16,632 nt of DNA from an uncultured Deinococcales bacterium (GTDB taxonomy: Bacteria > Deinococcota > Deinococci > Deinococcales > JAAFIG01), in assembly GCA_964247135.1 (NCBI GenBank), contig CAXTTL010000100.1, positions 1 through 16,632 on the forward strand. Direction: 5' to 3'. This document shows, one piece after another, positions 7,205 to 14,851 of this stretch (position 1 is its first letter; every line of letters starts with the position of its first letter). The position numbers and the translations under genes are program-made. The notes below the pieces were generated by a model that saw only the letters and a list, made by a program, of their open reading frames with translations, had not been told where the DNA came from and made no database searches.

Positions 7205-8160
7205 ACGCCACCGAACAAACCATCCTCGAGCAATTTTCCTACTGGCAACAAGCCTTGACGCTTGACCTGAGCGCCGCACAACTCGAGCCTGGACCCGTTG
7301 CCGTGATCGGTTGCGGCACGTCGTATTATTTGGCGCAGAGCATCGCGGCGGCACTGAACCAAACTCCCAATCACGGCGCGATTGCCGTGCCGTCCGGCGA
7401 ATGGCATTTGCGCCGCCGAAGCTATATTCCTGACACCAAAGTCCAAGTTCTGGCACTCTCGAGGAGCGGCAGCACCACCGAAACCGTTGCCGCCGCCAAA
7501 GCCAGCCTGGATGCTGGTGAGCGCGTGATCGGCATCACCTGCGAACTGAACAGTAACTTAGCCAGAGTCAGCTCGCAGTGCGTTTACGCGCCCACGCATC
7601 CGCTCGAGGATATCGTCATGACCACCAGCGCCAGTTTGATGCTGTTGATTGGGCTGGCACTGGCGGGACAAAAAATCTCGAGCGGACAAATTCAAGAGGC
7701 GCAAAAGTTACTCGAGCAGCACAAAAATCAATTTGATGCCTTGATTCAAAACCGCTCACATTTTGTTTACTTGGGCGGCGGCGCATTGTACGGCATTGCC
7801 AGTGAAGGCGCACTGAAATTGATGGAAATGAGCCTCTCGTTTTCCCAGGCGTACCATCCGCTCGAGTACCGCCACGGTCCAATTTCCTTGATCGATGAAC
7901 GCTCGGTGGTCGTGATGCTGTACAGCCCAGAGACGCTCGAGCAGGAAACAAAACTGGTGTCTGAGCTGCGCGAAAAAGGTGCAAAAGTTATCGGTGTTGG
8001 CGGGGCTGGGGATTTGAGTCTTGAGTTATTGGAAACCTCGAGCCTGCGCGGTTTGATTGCCCTGCCAAGCTTGCAATGGTTGGGTGAACGCGTCGCGCAG
8101 TCCAAAGGCTTGAACACCCGCGAACCGCGCCATTTGACCAAAGTGGTGGTGCTGACATGA
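7201..8160 (+). CDS. SIS-domain sugar-phosphate deaminase/isomerase (AgaS/GlmD/FrlB-like)
   Basis: IGCGTSYY, LSRSGSTTET, EGALKLMEMS, EYRHGPIS, C-terminal PRHLTKVV (GlmS isomerase-like tail); no glutaminase domain. ATGA overlap at 7201-7204 with SD GGAAGGA. 319 aa. Confidence 0.92.
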   Translation: MNATEQTILEQFSYWQQALTLDLSAAQLEPGPVAVIGCGTSYYLAQSIAAALNQTPNHGAIAVPSGEWHLRRRSYIPDTKVQVLALSRSGSTTETVAAAKASLDAGERVIGITCELNSNLARVSSQCVYAPTHPLEDIVMTTSASLMLLIGLALAGQKISSGQIQEAQKLLEQHKNQFDALIQNRSHFVYLGGGALYGIASEGALKLMEMSLSFSQAYHPLEYRHGPISLIDERSVVVMLYSPETLEQETKLVSELREKGAKVIGVGGAGDLSLELLETSSLRGLIALPSLQWLGERVAQSKGLNTREPRHLTKVVVLT

Positions 8161-9455
8161 ACTCTCGAGAACCCATCAAACTGGCGGTGGTCGGCGCGGG
8201 TTCTCGAGGCGCAATTTATGCACATTATGCCCTCGAGTACCCAGATCAGCTCGAGATTGTTGGGGTTGCCGAACCCAGGGATTTTTACCGCAATCAAGTG
8301 GTTAATCAGCACAACATCCAGCCCGAAAATGTCACCAGCGATTGGCACGATTGGCTGACGCGACCAAAGTTTGCCGATGGCATCATCATCACCACACCCG
8401 ACGCCCTTCATGCCAAACCTGCGATTGCTTTTGCCAAACACGGTTATCATTTGCTGCTCGAGAAACCGATGAGTCCAAATGAAACCGATTGTCGTGCCAT
8501 TGTCGCCGCCGTGCGCGAGGCGGGCGTGATGCTGGCGGTCTGCCACGTCATGCGGTACACGCCGTACACCAAATTGCTCAAGAAAATTCTGGACTCGGGG
8601 CAAATCGGCAACATCATTTCGGTGCAACACCTCGAGCCTGTCGGGTTCTGGCATCAGGCGCACTCGTTCGTGCGCGGCAACTGGCACAACGAGGCACGCT
8701 CGAGTTCGATGCTGTTGCAAAAATCGTGTCACGACCTGGACTGGCTGAGTTACATCGTCGGGAAGCCCTGCGTTGCCGTCTCGAGCTTTGGCAGTTTGAG
8801 TCATTTTAAAAAAGAATTTCGTCCCGTTGGCGCGGCTGATCGCTGCCTGGATTGCGGCGTCGCCAATGAATGTGCCTACGATGCAAAACGCTTTTACTTT
8901 GACAATTTGGCGGAAGGCAACACCGACTGGCCACTGAACGTCATCACCACCGACATCAGCGAGGCAGGGATTCTGGCGGCGCTGCGAACTGGGGATTACG
9001 GGCGTTGCGTTTACGGCGGTCTGGACAACGATGTGGTCGATCATCAGGTCGTCAACCTCGAGTTTGAGGGTGGGGTGACGGCAAGTTTCACGATGACCGC
9101 CTTCACCAAACCGCGCGACCGCGAAACCAGAATTTTTGGTACAAAAGCCGAATTGTACGGAAATGGAAATATTCTGGAAATATACAATTTTTTAACTCGA
9201 GAAACCACCACCATCAATACCGAACTCGAGTCCGATGGTTCGATTTTATCTGGGCATGGCGGCGGCGATGAAAACGTCATGCGGGCATTTATCCAAGCCC
9301 TTTCGGAGAATAACCCTGAGCATATTTTATCGGGCGCAACCCAAACTTTGGAAAGTCATCTGATGGTTTTTGCCGCCGAAAAAGCCCGCAAAGAAAACCG
9401 TGTCATGAGCGTCGACCACGACAATTCCAAGCTTTTTGAAAACGAATCCAGATGA
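8157..9455 (+). CDS. Gfo/Idh/MocA family NAD(P)-dependent oxidoreductase (YteT-like)
   Basis: VVGAGSRG, IITTPDALH, LLEKPM, KSCHDLD, GHGGGD; ATGA overlap with the SIS gene. Confidence 0.92.
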   Translation: MNSREPIKLAVVGAGSRGAIYAHYALEYPDQLEIVGVAEPRDFYRNQVVNQHNIQPENVTSDWHDWLTRPKFADGIIITTPDALHAKPAIAFAKHGYHLLLEKPMSPNETDCRAIVAAVREAGVMLAVCHVMRYTPYTKLLKKILDSGQIGNIISVQHLEPVGFWHQAHSFVRGNWHNEARSSSMLLQKSCHDLDWLSYIVGKPCVAVSSFGSLSHFKKEFRPVGAADRCLDCGVANECAYDAKRFYFDNLAEGNTDWPLNVITTDISEAGILAALRTGDYGRCVYGGLDNDVVDHQVVNLEFEGGVTASFTMTAFTKPRDRETRIFGTKAELYGNGNILEIYNFLTRETTTINTELESDGSILSGHGGGDENVMRAFIQALSENNPEHILSGATQTLESHLMVFAAEKARKENRVMSVDHDNSKLFENESR

Positions 9456-9577
9456 GGTCAATGCTGAAATCGGGGCAGGACATGTCAGGCTTGTCACCAC
9501 CGCAAGCTCGAGTTTAAAGATTTATTCGTCCTCAATCCGGACGTGTCAAGCACAGACTTGATGCGTGGGAGGTAGTC

Positions 9578-11200
9578 ATGTTCAATTGCTTTTCTTCACT
9601 CTTAATACTCAGCTTTGCCCTAGGGTCATGCTCGAGCCTGCCTATGGTCGTTGACTCGCCGCTCGAGCTTCAAACCAACAAAACCAATACCGTCAAATAT
9701 ACCGCCAGCAACAAGGATTTCCCCAACCCCGAACGCGGGTTTTACGCCGACTCGGAGTATTACCAAGCTTCACCGGCAACGCTGACAACCGCCCAATTAA
9801 AAGCCCTGATCCTCGAGAAAGCCAGCGCGGGTTATGCGGTCAGTTTGTTGCACCGCAGTTACTTTCTGCCCGAACTCATCGACACCCCAAAGCTTCCCAG
9901 CTCGTTTCTCAACACCGTGCGCCAAGACTTGCAGGCGGCTCGAGCCGCAGGGCTGAAAGTGATTTTGCGTTTTGCCTACCGCACCATTGCGCTCGAGGAT
10001 TGCAATGGCTTGCCACCCGCCGAACAACCTGCCTGCATCGCCAAAGCCAAAGCCGAGCACGACCCAACCAAACAAACCATCCTCAACCACCTCGAGAATT
10101 TGCGCGGTGTGCTCTCGAGCTTTGAAGACGTGATCGCTTACGTTGATGCGGGTTTGCTCGGCACCTACGGCGAGTGGGCGTATGCCACCGACCAAGGCGT
10201 GGGTTCGTTGCTCTCAGGATTTGCAAACAGCCTCGCGCCAGACCCACAATACGGTTATTCAGACGGTAACGTGCCAAACGCCAACACCAAAGAAATTATT
10301 GCCAAGTATCTGGACGTATTGCCCGAAACCCGAGCCATCGCCATTCGCACCCCAGAACAACGCGTGATGCTGCTCGAGGATTCGTTTGATCCTCGGGTTT
10401 GGAATCCCAAAAAGACCACGATTACAGATGAGACTGCTTTTGAAGATTCGGCATTGGCACGACTTGGGGCGCACAACGATTGCTTCCTCGCCTCGAGCGA
10501 CGATTTTGGGACGTACTATTACGCCAATTATCCTGGCGTGGACCTTGCGACGCAAATTCAAAAAGAAAAAGACTACCTCAGCGCCAACAACTTGTTCGTC
10601 CCGATGGGCGGTGAAACCTGCGCTGTGAATGCCGATGTCTCGAGTGCAGGTTATCCCGCTTACGCCAAAGCCGAACTGCGCAAAATGCGTTGGAGCACCT
10701 TAAACACCGATTACAACCAAGATGTCCTGACGGCAATGGGCGCAACGTTGACCGACGCCAAGAAAAACTTGGGTTACCGTTTTGTGCTGCAAAGCTCAAG
10801 CGTGCCAAGCAAAGCCGTGCGCAATGAAAACATCAACATCAAGTTCACCGTCAAAAACGAAGGCTACGCCAGCCCGTTCAACCCGCGCAAGCTCGAGGTG
10901 GTGTTTGTCAAAACGGGCAGCGCCCCAATTCGCCGTGAGGTCAAAATAGACCGTGAACACAACACCGACCCACGTTTTTGGAAACCGCTCGAGCACAAGG
11001 TTGTCAGCCTGAGTGTCAAAGCCCCGAGTGATGCTGGAACGTATTCGGTGTATGTAAATTTACCCGATCCTCTGTTGCCAAACGATGCGCGTTACAGCAT
11101 CCGTTTTGCCAACGCTGGTTTGTGGGATGAAAGCAAAATCACCGCGATTCAAGCCAGCGCTGCATTCAACACATTGAATCAAAGCATTCAAATTCCTTAA
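9578..11200 (+). CDS. lipoprotein with DUF4874/DUF4832-type domains (putative glycoside-hydrolase-like barrel plus beta-sandwich)
   Basis: Lipobox LGSC (Cys18); motifs FPNPERGFY, ARAAGLKVILRFAY, AGLLGTYGEW, RLGAHNDCFLAS..DFGTY, PMGGET, LGYRF, YSIRFAN; SD GGGAGG at 9567-9572. Confidence 0.82.
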   Translation: MFNCFSSLLILSFALGSCSSLPMVVDSPLELQTNKTNTVKYTASNKDFPNPERGFYADSEYYQASPATLTTAQLKALILEKASAGYAVSLLHRSYFLPELIDTPKLPSSFLNTVRQDLQAARAAGLKVILRFAYRTIALEDCNGLPPAEQPACIAKAKAEHDPTKQTILNHLENLRGVLSSFEDVIAYVDAGLLGTYGEWAYATDQGVGSLLSGFANSLAPDPQYGYSDGNVPNANTKEIIAKYLDVLPETRAIAIRTPEQRVMLLEDSFDPRVWNPKKTTITDETAFEDSALARLGAHNDCFLASSDDFGTYYYANYPGVDLATQIQKEKDYLSANNLFVPMGGETCAVNADVSSAGYPAYAKAELRKMRWSTLNTDYNQDVLTAMGATLTDAKKNLGYRFVLQSSSVPSKAVRNENINIKFTVKNEGYASPFNPRKLEVVFVKTGSAPIRREVKIDREHNTDPRFWKPLEHKVVSLSVKAPSDAGTYSVYVNLPDPLLPNDARYSIRFANAGLWDESKITAIQASAAFNTLNQSIQIP

Positions 11201-11204
11201 ACCT

Positions 11205-12971
11205 TCACTCGAGTTCGCCCGACCACAACCGCCGCATTTCCGCGCTGGTTTCCAGCAGTTCCTCGAGCCTGCCAACCCCCGTAATACAACCGTTCTCGAG
11301 CACAATGATGTTGTCGGCGCGTTTTAAGGCGGGCTTTCGATGCGAGACAACCAAACAGGTGGTCTCGCTCGAGTGTTCAAACACCCGATCCCAAAGTTGC
11401 GCTTCGGTGTTGACATCCAGGGCGCTCGAGAGGTCGTCGAAGACCAGCAATTCTGGTTCGCGCACGAACATTCTGGCGGCAGCCGTCCTCGAGACTTGAC
11501 CGCCCGAAAGCTTGACGCCCTTGCTGCCGATTTTGGTTTCAAAACCGTCTTCAAAGCCCAGCAAGTCTTGCTCGAGCACCGCGTTTTTGACGGCTTGCTC
11601 GAGTTTTTTGGGGTCGGCTGGAAGTCCAAGCAAAATGTTTTCGCGCAATGTGCCGCTAAACAGCACTGGCACTTGCGAGGTGTAGGCGACCCGAGGCGGA
11701 ATCAAATCTTGCGCTGTTGCTGGTTCTCCATTCCAGAGCACCGTTCCAGCTTGAGGCTCGAGCAAGCCCAGCATGGCGCGAAGGAGCGTGGTTTTGCCCG
11801 AACCAATGCGTCCAGTGATGACCGTAAAACTGCCGCGCTCGAGGGTCAAGTTGATGTTCTTGATGCCTCGAGCGCTGGTTTCAAACGTATAACCCAAATC
11901 GCGGATTTCGAGGCGTTGCAAGATGTCAGCTTCGGTTTTGACGCTAGGCTCGAGGTTTGGAGTTTTTCCTGAAAGCGCAATTGGATGTGGTTCGATCAGT
12001 TTCTTCTGGTTTGCACCTTGCAGCAATTCGATCATGCGTTTGATGCTGACCCCCGTTTGACGCATGGTGCTCATAAACATTCCAAAAAATTCAGTGGTGT
12101 GCGCTACCCGCTCGAGGTAACTGGCAAAGACCGCAAAATCGCCGATGGTAAAGGTTTTCTCGCGCATTCCCGAGGCTGCCAAGAGCAAAATAAAGCCCGT
12201 GCCAAATTGCACCACATTGCCGTAAATCGCATTTAAAACTTGGGTTTGAACACTGTCGCGCAACAGCGCCGCACGGCGGGCGTCGCCAAGGCGTTTGAAA
12301 TGCGCCATCACCCGAGCTTCCGCACCCGCAACTTGAATGCCCTGCACCGCGCCGAACATTTCACCCAGGGCGCCCGTGACTTTGGCGGTGCTTTCACGGC
12401 TTTGCTCGCGCAGTTTCTCGAGTTTGCTGCCATACAGGTACGTCAGACTCATGACGATGGCGAGCGGCACAAACACCAGCAGGGTGATGCGGGCGTTGAT
12501 CGAAAATAAAATTGCCAAGGCAACCACCAAAAACACCACTCGAGAGCTGATATCGAGCGTCCAGTCGCTGGTCTCCTCGACCATGAATGGATCATCGCGC
12601 ATTGTACTGATGGCTTCGCCCACGCTGACGGGCAGCGCACGTGCGCCTGGACGCTCGAGGATGTGCGCCAGAAGGTTGCGGCGCAAAAGAGCACTGATGC
12701 GAAAGCGCCAGGGAATGTCGGCTGCCATGCCGCCCACAATCGATAAAGCTCGAGCCAGCGCGACCACCAGCACCAGGGCAATGATGGACGTGAGGTTCAA
12801 CTCGAGCGGACGTTTCTCGAGGGTGTCAAAAAAGAGTTTGGCGATCAAACCCTCGAGAAGCGGAATGATGAACACCAGCCCCCACATCAGGGTATTCAGG
12901 GCGTACAACGCGCCCTGTTGCCAGATCATGCTTTTCACGACATGCCAGGTGCTCATGGGCTTGCCGCTCAT
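11205..12971 (-). CDS. ABC exporter, fused TMD-NBD subunit B (non-canonical Walker B)
   Basis: N-terminal TM domain; Walker A GRIGSGKT, signature LSGGQ, Walker B LLVFDD (Asp in place of the catalytic Glu), VSH switch; ATGA overlap with subunit A. Confidence 0.93.
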   Translation of the reverse strand: MSGKPMSTWHVVKSMIWQQGALYALNTLMWGLVFIIPLLEGLIAKLFFDTLEKRPLELNLTSIIALVLVVALARALSIVGGMAADIPWRFRISALLRRNLLAHILERPGARALPVSVGEAISTMRDDPFMVEETSDWTLDISSRVVFLVVALAILFSINARITLLVFVPLAIVMSLTYLYGSKLEKLREQSRESTAKVTGALGEMFGAVQGIQVAGAEARVMAHFKRLGDARRAALLRDSVQTQVLNAIYGNVVQFGTGFILLLAASGMREKTFTIGDFAVFASYLERVAHTTEFFGMFMSTMRQTGVSIKRMIELLQGANQKKLIEPHPIALSGKTPNLEPSVKTEADILQRLEIRDLGYTFETSARGIKNINLTLERGSFTVITGRIGSGKTTLLRAMLGLLEPQAGTVLWNGEPATAQDLIPPRVAYTSQVPVLFSGTLRENILLGLPADPKKLEQAVKNAVLEQDLLGFEDGFETKIGSKGVKLSGGQVSRTAAARMFVREPELLVFDDLSSALDVNTEAQLWDRVFEHSSETTCLVVSHRKPALKRADNIIVLENGCITGVGRLEELLETSAEMRRLWSGELE

Positions 12972-14770
12972 ACCAGCACCTCCTCCAAACCCGTGCGCCT
13001 GAGTTGCGCGAACCTCGAGTTTGGATCGTGCCCAAGGATTTTGGTGCTGCCATGCTCGAGGATTTTTCCATCCTCGAGAATCAAGATTTCGTCGGAACGC
13101 AAAATGGTTTGCAAACGGTGCGCGATGATGATGGCGCTGCGACCCAACAACAGTTTGTTAACCGCCCGCTCGAGCAGCGCTTCGGTGGCGGGGTCGAGGC
13201 GGCTGCTGGCTTCGTCGAGGATGATGACGCTGGGGTTGCGCAAGAAAACCCGTGTGAACGCCAGCAATTGTGCCTCGCCAGCGCTGAGGTTGGCGCTCGA
13301 GAGTTCGGTGTCGAGTTGTTTGGGCAAGCTGCGCACCCAATCGTGCAAGCCCAGTTCCTCGAGCGCAGCCCAAATTCGGGCGTCGCTTACGGTTGGATCG
13401 AAGAAGCTTAAATTCTCGCGGATGCTGGCTTGAAACAGTTCAACATTTTGTGTGACCAGCGTGACGCGACTGCGCACCTCCTCGAGTTTGGCACTGGTGA
13501 GCGGGATGCCGTTCAAGCGAATCTCGCCGTGTTGCGGATCGTAAAATCGCATCAACAATCTTGCCAGCGTGGTTTTGCCGCTGCCCGTGCGCCCCAACAA
13601 GCCAAGCACTTTTCCAGGCGCAAGCTTGAACGAAATATTCTCGAGCACTTTTTCAGGGTTGGTATCTTCAAGCCCTGGCTCAGGTTTGACCTCATCCTCG
13701 TAGCCAAAATGCACCCCACGAAACTCCACCTCGAGCGCCCGTTCAGACCAGTTCGCGCCAGGTCCGTCAAGCAATTTGGATTTGGTCGCCAGCAGTTCAG
13801 TCACCCTCGAGATGCCCGCGTCGGCGCGTTGCAATTCTTGGAGTTGATTGCGAATTTGATCGAGCGGCTCGGCGAGCAATCTGGTGTACTGGTAAATCAA
13901 ATAGACCGTGCCGAGCGAAATGACCTTGTGCTGATAGAGCGGCGCGGCAACCCCGAATGCCAGCGCCGTACCGAGCGCCATCAAAACCTCGAAGACCACC
14001 CACATGCTGCCGCCGAGCATACTGCTGCGCCAGACCACCGGATACCAGGTTTTCAGGCGTTCAACAAAACTGCGCATCACATATGGCGTCGCACCAGAAG
14101 AGCGAATGTCTTCAGTGCCCGAAAGTTGCTCGCCGATAAAACCAAAGAAAATTGCGTTTTGCTCGCGTACCGCCTTCCAGTACGGCGTGCCAAGGTTGCG
14201 AACTCGAGCCAAAACCAGCATTGCCAGAATCGAAAAGACCGTGAGACTGATGCCGATGCGCCAATCCTCGAGATACATCACGACCAACACGCCCAAGAGC
14301 AGCAAAATGTTGCCGCCAAGGTGAATGCTTAAATTGGAGAAAAACGCGGCAAGCGTGCTGACATCGCCGTCCACACGTTCGATCAACTCGCCAGGGGTTC
14401 GGGCTTTGTGAAATGAAAGATCAAGTTTGAGGCAATGCTCTGCCAAATTTGCCCGAAGTGCGTTGGTTGCCGTCCAACCAACTCGAGTGCTGAAATAGGT
14501 CGCGCCGACGTTCAAAACCTGCTGAAAAAAAGACGCGCCGATGAATACGGCGGCGGCTTGAATCAGTTCGGATTGTGCGCCGCCCTTTTGCGCGGTGTCC
14601 ATAAAAAACCTGACGATTTGCGGATTCAAAAGCTGTAAACCCACACTGAAAAGCAAACACACCGCCATCAAGACCACGCTGGCACGCTGCGGTTTCAAGT
14701 ATTCCTCGAGCAGCCCAAAATACTGGCGCACCGGAATTTGAACTTTGGGGGGTTTGACGACGGCGCTCAT
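12968..14770 (-). CDS. ABC exporter, fused TMD-NBD subunit A (degenerate signature motif)
   Basis: TM domain; Walker A GRTGSGKT, signature LSAGE, Walker B IILDE, IAH switch. Start set to ATG 14770 because the 14857 start would overlap the divergent gene. 600 aa. Confidence 0.92.
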   Translation of the reverse strand: MSAVVKPPKVQIPVRQYFGLLEEYLKPQRASVVLMAVCLLFSVGLQLLNPQIVRFFMDTAQKGGAQSELIQAAAVFIGASFFQQVLNVGATYFSTRVGWTATNALRANLAEHCLKLDLSFHKARTPGELIERVDGDVSTLAAFFSNLSIHLGGNILLLLGVLVVMYLEDWRIGISLTVFSILAMLVLARVRNLGTPYWKAVREQNAIFFGFIGEQLSGTEDIRSSGATPYVMRSFVERLKTWYPVVWRSSMLGGSMWVVFEVLMALGTALAFGVAAPLYQHKVISLGTVYLIYQYTRLLAEPLDQIRNQLQELQRADAGISRVTELLATKSKLLDGPGANWSERALEVEFRGVHFGYEDEVKPEPGLEDTNPEKVLENISFKLAPGKVLGLLGRTGSGKTTLARLLMRFYDPQHGEIRLNGIPLTSAKLEEVRSRVTLVTQNVELFQASIRENLSFFDPTVSDARIWAALEELGLHDWVRSLPKQLDTELSSANLSAGEAQLLAFTRVFLRNPSVIILDEASSRLDPATEALLERAVNKLLLGRSAIIIAHRLQTILRSDEILILEDGKILEHGSTKILGHDPNSRFAQLRRTGLEEVLV

Positions 14771-14778
14771 GAGCCTCG

Positions 14779-14784
14779 AGTGTA
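14779..14784 (-). promoter_or_regulatory. -10 element TACACT, 8 nt before the ABC exporter start (near-leaderless transcript)
   Basis: Minus strand reads GGTACACTCGAGGCTC-ATG; only a weak GAGG close to the start, no well-spaced SD. Confidence 0.55.
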
Positions 14785-14851
14785 CCGTTTGAACTGACGC
14801 TCGAGAATGGCATGATGGCTTACTCGGGCTTAAATCAGGATAAGCTTTGTC

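Noticed and set aside
7767-9044. 425-aa minus-strand ORF
   Set aside because: Lies antisense to the well-supported SIS and oxidoreductase genes and has no recognisable motifs; shadow ORF.
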